Of a DNA stretch of 64,000 nucleotides, positions 9,001-15,164 are shown in pieces. The stretch covers positions 64,001 through 128,000 of the forward strand of contig JBDRCO010000076.1 in the NCBI GenBank assembly GCA_043821645.1. Direction: 5' to 3'. Source of the DNA: Pseudomonadota bacterium (GTDB lineage Bacteria; Myxococcota; JACRCW01; JAFGSX01). The notes below the pieces were generated by a model. It was not told the DNA's origin. It did no database searches and saw nothing but the letters and a program-made list of their open reading frames with translations. Each line of letters opens with the position of its first letter. Positions within the stretch are counted from its first letter, which is position 1. The position numbers and the translations under genes are program-made.

Positions 9001-11340
9001 GGTTCGCTGTACTACCTGGCCCACGACAACGTGGTCGAGGGCAGCGAGCGGGTGAACATCCTGGTCCGGGATGCCATCACCGGCGTGGAGCTGATGCGGC
9101 GTCCCCTGGCGCGCAACCTCGACTACAGCATTCGCTACCGCGAGGGCCGCGTGCTGCTCAACCTGCCGCTGTCGTCGACGGTGGAAAGCGGAATGCTCGC
9201 CAACCAGAACCTTTCGACGGTGGTGGCGGGGCATCCGGTGGCGCTGGAGATCGAGTACGAGCACGAGGCCCAGGGCGACTTCAACCAGATCGGCGCCGGT
9301 GTGTATGGCGAGGAGACGGTGGCCGGCCATGTCACGGTCGGTGGCGGCTACGTTTTCGAGGGCCGAACCGACGAGCGGCCAGCATTCCAGATGGCAGGCG
9401 CCAACCTCAAGCTGGCTTACAATGCGCGCACCTTCGTGCAGGGTGAGTGGGCCTGGACGCGCGCAGTGTCCATGGACAACTTCATCTCCACCGATGGTGG
9501 CCTGAGCTTCGATCGCCTGGGCCAGCAGCCCGACGATCCTTCGCTCCTCTACGGTCGCGTGCTGTTCCCCGCCGAGCGAGAGGGGCACGCCTTCAAGCTG
9601 CGCGGGCAGACTGCCCTGGCAGGGCTGTGGGGCGCCTCGCCCGAAGACCTGGCGCTGAGCGCCTACTTCCAGCGGATGGCGCCGGGATTCTCGACCGGAG
9701 TCTCGGCGATCGAGGCCGGTCAGACCAAGTACGGCACCGAGGGCCGCTGGCTCATCACCTCGCGCGACACCCTGCGCCTGCGCTACGACGGCATCTGGAC
9801 CGAGATCCCGGTGGTACCCCAGATCACCGAGTACCGCCGCCTGCACCGTGAACTGGCCAGCCTGCAGTACCAGCGTCGGCAGGATGACTTCACCATCACC
9901 GGCGAATACGCCTTCGCCTACAGCTGGGATTCGGGTTCCTTCGGCCAGAGCGCCTTCGACATGGAGCGCGAGGTCTGGGGCAACACGGTGGCCGCCGGAG
10001 TGGAGTACGACCTGACCCGACGCCTGGTGCTGGTGGGACGGCAAGAGGGCATCCTCACCGGAGATCCGCAGCAGCTACCCAACTGGAACGACCACCTGGT
10101 GACGACGGTCGGGCTGCGCTACCGCCTGCTCGACGACCTGCAGCTCTCAGCCCTGGAGTCGGTGCGCTGGTCTGGCGAGAACGCCACCACCGTGGGTGTT
10201 CAGACGCGCATCGACGACACCACGGATGTGTACGCCCGGGAGCGCTTCAACATGCGTGGTGGCTCCTGGGTGTCGACCTCGGTGGTGGGTGCCAGCAGCC
10301 AGGTGGCGCGGGGCATCAAGACCTTTGGTGAGTACCAGCTTGACGGCACCGTGGCGGGCAGCCAGACCCGCGCGGTCATGGGCCTGTCGACCTCGTGGAC
10401 CCTGATGAAGGGCCTCAACCTTCAGCTCGGCTACGAGCGCACCCAGGTCTTCGGAGGCAGCGGGACAGCCCCGGCCACGGGTCTGGTGCCAGCGGCGGCT
10501 ATCACGGACAGCTACGCCTTTGCGGCACCCGGCGCGGCGGGAGCGCAAGCCTTCTACGCTGGGAGTGGTTCGCGCGACGCCGCCAGCGCGGCCCTCGACT
10601 TCACCGCCCACAAGGCGCTCAAGGCCGGCCTCAAGCTGGAGCTGCGCTACGACGACCTCGACCAGAAACGCGGTGGGCAGGATCGCCTGCTCCTGCTGGC
10701 CCAGGGTGGCCTGACCTGGGCCTGGAACCGCGATCTGGCCGTGCTGGGACGCTTCAACCTGGCCAACGTCGAGAATCTGACCCTGGAGACCTCGGAGGCC
10801 GGGCTGCAGGACATTTCTCTCGGTGTGGCCTACCGGCCGGTGGACCACGAGTGGATCAGCGTGCTCGCCAAGTACGGCCGCCGTCTCGAGCACCGCCCGC
10901 TGTCCTTGCTCGAGGGGTCGTTCGAGGAGTACTCGGCCGACGTGGCGACCCTGGAGCCCATTCTCGAACTGCCCTGGCACCTGCAGCTCACCGAGAAGCT
11001 CGCCCTCAAGTATGCCCGGGAGCGCGTGGACGACCTGCCCACCGGCGAGGCCTGGACTCTGCTGTGGATCAATCGCCTCAACCTGCACCTGATGCGCATG
11101 GTGCGGCCCTGGGTCGACTTCTTCCCGGGCGACGTCGACGTGGGTGCCGAGTGGCGCACCCTGTGGCAGCTCAGCACGGCGACCAGCGAGCAGGGACTGC
11201 TGTTCGAGCTGACCTACGCACCCTACGAGTTCGTGCGCTTTGGCCTGGGCTGGAACTTCACCCGCTTCAGTGACGATGAGTACGCCCGCAACACCGAGGA
11301 TCACTCGGGCTTCTTCTTCAGGGTGGTGGGCCAGTACTGA
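1..11340 (+). CDS. Giant (>3779 aa, 5'-truncated) surface/outer-membrane protein: about 11 DUF11 repeats, SdrD-B/carboxypeptidase-regulatory-like domains, two OmpA-like domains, C-terminal beta-barrel
   Basis: Frame is open from base 1 to TGA at 11338-11340. Repeats of type PGDxLxYxxxVxNxG...NQA...SDDPxT...DPT; GKVYCDVDGDGFQDPGE (SdrD-B-like); two HTDD...RARNRRV OmpA-like motifs; amphipathic beta-strand C-terminus ending FFRVVGQY. Confidence 0.85.
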   Translation, partial: VVTSAPDLSSLSKSVLDPSGAPVRPGDGLDYRIVVENRGDADAVAVEIRDAIDSSLTVTAIGSGGRQVGNELVWDASAVPDFARLAPDKRITLTFSARVASPLDNNTRIANQAIAQVTGLPAPVLSDDPATAALDDPTVVFVVSAADLSSSTKQALDLNGQVLTTARPGDTLLYRLTVRNNGDAVARDVVVSDSIDANLTVGAISDGGTLSGGQIRWTSTTVPALAALAPGGQATLSFNVALRSPLDNGLVIANQGSMLVEGAVNPFVTDDPATAEQGDSTRLTVVSAPDLSGLLKTYVDLNGGEVEPGDRIRYEIVLINNGDALAREVVVEDLLDAIALTAISAPQGRLDSGRVIFDASTLPGLSALGVGSSNAIRLGIDAEVVFPLADGTVVSNQATAVARDVVAVASDDPTTAASDDPTRFTVRSVPRLVLRKTLLSPPSRVAPPGGEVRYRLEVENTGTAPATQVVLVDPFAAELGFVAADQGSYDSLSRTWTLNLPTLDARSPPLSIQLDARVLDDVVDGTVVSNQARVQAQGLGDVASDDPQTPVPSDPTLFSVRAIVDLAGSTKTVVDVDGDVVRPGDLLRYTITVFNQGNTAARDVTVIDALPGLLVPDAAATGHIDGQRITWDAASDPRLARVAVGEPVDLVFTARVARDVADGTVLPNQARLGDARAPEAFVTDDPSTPAQLGDPTLVTVHAPALHLEKTVVDENGGTVRPGDVLSYRLRARNTGSVALRGLTLTDPVPEGTAVEALADGAQLQGGAVLWTPASTPRLGQIEAGATVEVGWRARVDARALGGQQIRNQASSSSDDLIDDLLSDDPGTSAPADPTVVEVDARVELSQSQKRAIDPPQPVEPGSEVRFAIEVRNSGTQYAFDVEVRDRIDPAFWASVVAEEGGRLEGDTLVWRASTTPILAELAPGQSVELHLVATVVDVIANGAYVENAASLHERGGTSFTTPPARLQVVSLPGLSASTKTVEDLGGGEVEPGDLLRYRLTVRNAGGEIARAVVLRDAPPAGTRYVPGSTTVEDLPVVDTENVSALVSGLPLGDLAPRTERRVSFAVRVLSDVLRGTVLSNQGFITARDLAEVGTDDPSTPGIIGDPTRVVVGGGPVLVAVLQAAPRLVEAGGVFTLVLGLDNGGSQDARQVRVELPLAEGASVVPGSLTLDGTPLSDAVDGDPGEVLPDRLVFTLPDMASYDSHRFTAQFGATGSVPVLRYQGVVSASNAGAATHTDGDQGTPGEQPTVVVVGEARADLSASQLGGTDLNGGLLEPGDEVRYLIMVANSGSAAAHLTSPQGLNQSLSPWTALIEGSIEGSLPLVFDTERQLLTLARGVDLQPGERLSATLRVRVLDEAVAGTAVESSAVVRGDELDPVPLGPHRLVVGGLQGTARLRGRVYEDIGGVVGRFDRNVDALMDGFQVQLRRPGSSATLGTQVADAEGQYLFAAVPAGGVELVVLSETGALFKTLGLPALAADGEVEQDLLIDPSGVIYDATTGAAVRGAQVFVYVEDDDFDPANDRLAGPDRVAPEQQGQLTNPDGLYRFDVRPGRYRMEIVPAGTAQVFPSILIPPTNDDDGEHPYGSFAITDEQHRVVPAARPDLRGDTHYYLRFDITGVADEVLHNHVPLDPLSSHVSLVKSANHRRLSMGDIVTYSVRYTNRSDLALSVASDGGVAVVDAIPKGFRYLKGSSRLERIEAAGDGSRRRRTLSSSDPAGHRLLVFGPHDLVAHGEYLLRYQLVVAPDAEVGDHENVAVLRTAGGQIDISNRSVARVQVVPDPVFDLGTVVGKVYCDVDGDGFQDPGEAPLGGAVVYVDDGRHAESDLGGKFHFSGLKPGNHLLKLDWRTLPPGSQLTTPERASLYVTRGLPSRLSFGVRCMLAELGPSSVTRAAAAPVEDAGPPPDDRVWITVSGVATQRRVVFDNAEQAVVRVDLGLGLGSDEREFGNVDGPNPSQIDPVSGLNPPLHFYPRVVTAMPVSGWRLALRTTAGDELYAFSGDGLPPEDISWDGRGSATGSVLLQRGGEYRAQLMVTALNGDWGASVPRSFGVGLGESAQLAEGSLTRLDEVDGALFDRRGKPTARLRKALEAVIRELKSQPSLRAVVEVHTDDKAGDRALSLTGAQAERVRELLVQKGVAAERIEIHGRADQQLLVPNMGKRNRARNRRVELRTLVPASRGAPVPHLEYEGQVVVNGVRVEEVEASSAFRHTLRVAVGDIVVVDLTAPSGGRVVLARTYTGEPFAEGPPAITGVQGVQVQGSVAARSLRFDDSERGMALLDLRMTPSNPATGLELGVVDGRLEEPLRLAVRVPQGAALSSWRLRVFRPASATTLHSTAAGGDGSGGDAPVVDVGIDGGRGAGSSLGEAVDAGPAWRSGAIRAFAVPDQGSESAPPDPVGVLVRELTGEGAPPELVEWAGTSDSGQLVLGPGWYGARIELESVDGDRAMSAPLWFKVRGAAVSDTATLKDPFPGERKRLSPRDQRVLRLLVATYRGQAVRYRVSAHTDDSVPRDQAADSTRQWADWVAAALAAEGVAADAIRVAGLGSSEPLVPNIGSRNRARNRRVMVQVMGEDMTAPPPVLPARRQPWIEVNGVALSAPQGSFTTTSYPTRDGVIRVRAVLADLGEATWLYRAPAPEVKAVVPLSVDAGSRSGEDAAALPAPALVAVPGLDDFTPFDPTVLGAPVLVTASAPDGGFPEDGGGGLPMVFVTAPGAVTDPTMAAAEDGGPGRVDAAGIKAAELRVAMPDGVLLRTARFALRGTTHPGNTVQVNGVEVAVDPDSGAFDALVELPEGLSVVKIEAHDGEGNSALVQKQYEVDTTGLFLLGLADTAVAGRGADLPEWSGTNHVKVGGVALYGRGAALLKAHWKGETLFKDYHLTLHLDTARWNEDAFAREYIDPELYYPVYGDSSTEVVDADARYPLYAELKADHSVLRVGNFRTAISGGDLFRYDRARYGMVLHFDEPLLEREGLPPWLDNDLTGYVAGGDAPRRHARVELRGTGGSLYYLAHDNVVEGSERVNILVRDAITGVELMRRPLARNLDYSIRYREGRVLLNLPLSSTVESGMLANQNLSTVVAGHPVALEIEYEHEAQGDFNQIGAGVYGEETVAGHVTVGGGYVFEGRTDERPAFQMAGANLKLAYNARTFVQGEWAWTRAVSMDNFISTDGGLSFDRLGQQPDDPSLLYGRVLFPAEREGHAFKLRGQTALAGLWGASPEDLALSAYFQRMAPGFSTGVSAIEAGQTKYGTEGRWLITSRDTLRLRYDGIWTEIPVVPQITEYRRLHRELASLQYQRRQDDFTITGEYAFAYSWDSGSFGQSAFDMEREVWGNTVAAGVEYDLTRRLVLVGRQEGILTGDPQQLPNWNDHLVTTVGLRYRLLDDLQLSALESVRWSGENATTVGVQTRIDDTTDVYARERFNMRGGSWVSTSVVGASSQVARGIKTFGEYQLDGTVAGSQTRAVMGLSTSWTLMKGLNLQLGYERTQVFGGSGTAPATGLVPAAAITDSYAFAAPGAAGAQAFYAGSGSRDAASAALDFTAHKALKAGLKLELRYDDLDQKRGGQDRLLLLAQGGLTWAWNRDLAVLGRFNLANVENLTLETSEAGLQDISLGVAYRPVDHEWISVLAKYGRRLEHRPLSLLEGSFEEYSADVATLEPILELPWHLQLTEKLALKYARERVDDLPTGEAWTLLWINRLNLHLMRMVRPWVDFFPGDVDVGAEWRTLWQLSTATSEQGLLFELTYAPYEFVRFGLGWNFTRFSDDEYARNTEDHSGFFFRVVGQY

Positions 11341-11586
11341 GCGTCGACCTCGCGGCATCTCCAGGGCCAGGGCATCACCGACACCGCCTTGCGGCATGAC
11401 CAGCACGTGCTGCACGGCGGTGGGTCTGCCTGATATACCGAATCGTGTCGATCGGTCCCGTTGTGGGGGACCCAGGTGTGTCTTTTCTTTAGAATGCGGG
11501 GACAAAGAGACTTGCCGGTGACGGCGGGGCCCCACGATGTGGTCGAATCAACGCGATCTGGTATTACTATGCCGAGGTCATGAGCC

Positions 11587-13560
11587 TTGACAGGGCGAGT
11601 CGTCGACTCCCCCGCAGCAGCGAGCCCCCCAGCGAGGGTGCGGTCTCGAGCAGGTCCGCGCGTGGCCCAGAGCCTTGGTGAGATCATCCTGCGCCTCAAC
11701 CGTATCGACGGGGATGCGGTGGAGGCTGCCGCGCGACATGCGCGCACCGCAGGCATGGATCTCGGCGAAGTCCTGCTGGCGCGTCAGCTGATCAGTGAGG
11801 ATCAACTTCTGGAAGCCGTGGCCGAACATCGAGGTCTGGACTTCCACGCCAGCATCCCGGTCACGTCGCTAGCACCCGGTCTGGCTCACGTTCTGCCACC
11901 GACCAAGGCCATCGAGCTGCACGCCGTACCCATTGCCATGGCGCAGGGCACCCTCATCGTGGCGACCTGCGACAGGAGGCACACCGGCAAGGAGCTGGCA
12001 CTCGGTCGTCTCCTGGGCCAGCCCGTGCAGCTGAGTCTGGCGCCACGCAGGGTCATCGAGCAGACCTTCGACGCGCTGTATTCGGCCGAGCGGCCGGTTC
12101 AGGACGTTCCGGACACAGGTGACGCGTTCAACGCCGACGCTTCGAGCGTGTTTCATGTCGGTCCACATACCCTCGAACAGATGCGGCAGCTGCGTTTTGG
12201 TTTTGGAGGCCAGGATGCCAGTGAGGCCGCGGGGGCTTCGACCCAGGTGGCGAGACGTCGTGGTCTCGCTCCTCCGCATGAGGACGAGGAGCCGCGGACC
12301 CAGCTCGATGGCGAGATTGGCAAGCACATCGAGGCTGAGCTCGACGCCTTCCTGGACGAAAACACCGAACCCATCGCAGAGGACGAACCCGACCTGTTCG
12401 GTCTCAATCCCTCGGCGGTGGTGACGCTGCCGCCCGAGCGCACGCTGGTGCTCACCGTGGACGATGAGTTCCGGGACGACGAGGTGATCTCCGAGGTGCT
12501 CGAGCTCATCGATGTGGTCGAGGAGGGCGAAGCGGGGGCCGCCCCGGAGCCCTCCGTGGGCGTCACGGATGAATGGTACGACACCACGGGCAAGACCGAA
12601 CTCATGCGGAGACCCGAGTTTCCAGGGCTGAGCACAAGTGGCGACGAGGGTGAGGTCTTTGGCGAGTACAGGCTGATCCGTCCCATCGGCAGGGGCGGCA
12701 TGGCCGAGGTCTTCGAGGCCAGACGCACCATGGTGGCGGGGGTCACCCGCACCGTGGCGGTCAAGCGCATCCTGCCCAGTTTCTCCCAGGACGAGGACTT
12801 CGTGACGATGTTCCTCGACGAGGCCAGGATCACTGCCCAGCTCAGTCACCCCGGCATAGGCCAGGTCCTCGATGTGGGCAAGGTCGATGATGATTACTTT
12901 ATTGCCATGGAATACCTGCACGGCCGCAACCTGGAGACCGTGTTCAAGCACTGCGTCGCCACCGGACTGCAGGTGCCCGTGGCTGCCGCGATCTACATCC
13001 TGCGCCAGGTCCTGGACGGGCTGGACTACGCCCACCGCAAACGCGGTGACGACGGCCGTCACCTGCACATCATCCACCGCGATGTGAGTCCGGCCAACGT
13101 GATCTGTTGCTTTGGTGGCGAGGTCAAGCTCATCGACTTTGGCATCGCCCGCGCCGCCAACAAGGTCTCGCAGACGCGCGTTGGCTTGATCAAGGGCAAG
13201 GTCTGCTACATGTCACCGGAGCAGATCCGTGAGCAGCCCATGGATCGCCGCTCGGACATCTTTGCCGCGGGTATCCTGCTGTGGGAATTGCTCGCCGGGC
13301 GGTCCCTGTTTGCCGGCAAGAACGATCGCGAGACCATCGCCAACGTGGCGAGGGTGGTGGTCCCGGCTCTGGGTTCGCTGCGACCTGACCTGCCGTCGGC
13401 CCTGACCACGCTGGTGCACTGGGCCCTGGAGCGAGACCCGGACCAGAGGCCGGAGTGGGCCTCGGACCTGAGCGATGCCCTCGGCAAGGTGGCTCTTGGC
13501 CTCGACGATACCGGCCCCAAGAGCCAGCTTGTCGCCTTCATGCTGGCGCACTTCGCCTGA
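11587..13560 (+). CDS. Cytoplasmic Ser/Thr protein kinase with N-terminal GspE/PilB-N (MshEN-like) domain
   Basis: Kinase motifs IGRGGMAEVF, VAVKR, HRDVSPAN, DFGIA, YMSPEQ in the C-terminal half; N-terminal tandem LGExL motifs; acidic linker. Start codon uncertain (TTG 11587 or GTG 11662). Confidence 0.85.
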   Translation: MTGRVVDSPAAASPPARVRSRAGPRVAQSLGEIILRLNRIDGDAVEAAARHARTAGMDLGEVLLARQLISEDQLLEAVAEHRGLDFHASIPVTSLAPGLAHVLPPTKAIELHAVPIAMAQGTLIVATCDRRHTGKELALGRLLGQPVQLSLAPRRVIEQTFDALYSAERPVQDVPDTGDAFNADASSVFHVGPHTLEQMRQLRFGFGGQDASEAAGASTQVARRRGLAPPHEDEEPRTQLDGEIGKHIEAELDAFLDENTEPIAEDEPDLFGLNPSAVVTLPPERTLVLTVDDEFRDDEVISEVLELIDVVEEGEAGAAPEPSVGVTDEWYDTTGKTELMRRPEFPGLSTSGDEGEVFGEYRLIRPIGRGGMAEVFEARRTMVAGVTRTVAVKRILPSFSQDEDFVTMFLDEARITAQLSHPGIGQVLDVGKVDDDYFIAMEYLHGRNLETVFKHCVATGLQVPVAAAIYILRQVLDGLDYAHRKRGDDGRHLHIIHRDVSPANVICCFGGEVKLIDFGIARAANKVSQTRVGLIKGKVCYMSPEQIREQPMDRRSDIFAAGILLWELLAGRSLFAGKNDRETIANVARVVVPALGSLRPDLPSALTTLVHWALERDPDQRPEWASDLSDALGKVALGLDDTGPKSQLVAFMLAHFA

Positions 13561-13657
13561 TCCTGAATCGACGTCCGTGCCTCTGCGGCACGGGTCCAGA
13601 TCCACTGCTTCGCGACCCTGCTTCGCGAACCAAGTACCTGCAACGCGCGCGGTGGGC

Positions 13658-15070
13658 TCACATCTCGTAGCCACCGGCCTGGTCAAAGTCCGACGCGTCG
13701 ACCGAGATGATGCTGTCGAGGTGAAGCAGCGCGGCGGCGGCGTGGCTGAAGCGCGGCTCAGCCACGAGCGAGGTAGCGCCGAGGTCCGGATCGGTGTTGC
13801 CATCGCCGTGCATGCGCATCTGGGCCTGCAGACAGCTCTGTGGCTGGGACATGATGTTGAAGTAGTTGATGCCTCCACCCGTGGTGGTGTCGTGGCCGAG
13901 CTGCAGGGTGTGACCCAGCTCGTGCGCCAGGGTGGTGGCCAGGGCCTCGTCGAGGGTGATGTCTGGCAGCACGGGCTCCACCGGGCGCCCGCAGGCCGGG
14001 TGCAGGGCGTCGATGGCGTCGTAGTACACGAACACGCCGCTCTTCTCGATGTCCGTGGCGTGGGCCACGGTCTCGCCGCCGCGGGCCGTGTCGTCGGTGC
14101 GCCAGCGTGCCACGACCACGTGGATCATCCGGTCGAGGGGGAGGGGAGGGAACCCGCTGTCGACGATCTGCGGGCCATGGCTCGACAGGTAGGTCTGGCG
14201 CTGCGTGAACGATCCATCGAACTCGACGGCGGTCAGGTCCTGCTCATCGCGCACGATGTGGAGCTGCACCCCCTGGCTGCCGTCCACGTTGACCAGGTTC
14301 AGGTCCGCAAACACGCGGCCTGACGCGGCCAGCACCTCGTCGCTCAGATCGCGGCCAGCCATGCTGTCCAGCTCGACCAGCAGATCACGGCGCAGCGGAT
14401 GCGGTGTGCGGGTGACGTCGACGCGGGTGAACCGGGCAGCGGCGAGCTCCTGCAGGTTGGTCAGGCCATCACCATCTGGATCTTCGGCGCCGTCATCGGT
14501 CCCGTCGTTGTCCGTGTCCGCGAGCTGCCAGTCGAGCAGGCTGTCGTCTCCCGCCGCCCACTCCCAGGCGTCGTCGAGACCGTCGCCGTCCGTGTCTTGA
14601 CCCGCGGGCGGTCCGGAATCCGGACTTGCGGTATCGGCCGTGGCAGAATCTGCCGCAGTCGTCGCATCGGGAGTGGTGGTGCCCGCATCCTTCGCGGCGT
14701 CATCCCCGACGCTGGAATCCGGGCTCGATCCGCGATCGGTGGTCGCGCTGGCATCGTGGGGCGCCGTCACATCCGGGGCGGGCGCGGCATCGGTCACGGC
14801 AAGGTCGTGCCTGGCTGCGTCCACGAACGCCGCCGCATCGGCTCGCACATCCAGACCGGGCGCACCGTCTGGCACGACGCGATCTGCCGTACCACCGTCG
14901 ACGTGTTCGCAGTCCTGCGGTGCCGCGTCCGCAGGTGAAGGTCCCGCGTCCGGCTGGTGGACCTGGATTCCCGCCCCAGGAGCGCAGGACACGATCCCTG
15001 CAAGGTACACAGACAGGAGCAGGGGAGGTGCACCGCAGGCAGGTCGGGGTCGAGAGGCACGCACGAGCAT
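13658..15070 (-). CDS. Putative secreted/lipoprotein zinc metalloprotease (metzincin-like) with Asp-rich linker and DxDxDG Ca-binding repeats
   Basis: Lipobox-like LAGIVSC; DTDGDGLDDAWE and DPDGDGLTNLQE; zinc motif HELGHTLQLGH followed by Met-turn-like NIMS. Confidence 0.7.
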   Translation of the reverse strand: MLVRASRPRPACGAPPLLLSVYLAGIVSCAPGAGIQVHQPDAGPSPADAAPQDCEHVDGGTADRVVPDGAPGLDVRADAAAFVDAARHDLAVTDAAPAPDVTAPHDASATTDRGSSPDSSVGDDAAKDAGTTTPDATTAADSATADTASPDSGPPAGQDTDGDGLDDAWEWAAGDDSLLDWQLADTDNDGTDDGAEDPDGDGLTNLQELAAARFTRVDVTRTPHPLRRDLLVELDSMAGRDLSDEVLAASGRVFADLNLVNVDGSQGVQLHIVRDEQDLTAVEFDGSFTQRQTYLSSHGPQIVDSGFPPLPLDRMIHVVVARWRTDDTARGGETVAHATDIEKSGVFVYYDAIDALHPACGRPVEPVLPDITLDEALATTLAHELGHTLQLGHDTTTGGGINYFNIMSQPQSCLQAQMRMHGDGNTDPDLGATSLVAEPRFSHAAAALLHLDSIISVDASDFDQAGGYEM

Positions 15071-15164
15071 GCTGTATTCCTAGCAGCTCGGCCGCCCCTG
15101 TCGCCACTGCCCCGAGGGTGGCAACCCGGCACTGCTCCGAACCGCGACGAGATATACTTGAGCG

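Noticed and set aside
11341-11586. 246-nt intergenic region considered for a riboswitch or sRNA
   Set aside because: No recognisable riboswitch consensus or convincing terminator; cannot be supported without an Infernal search.
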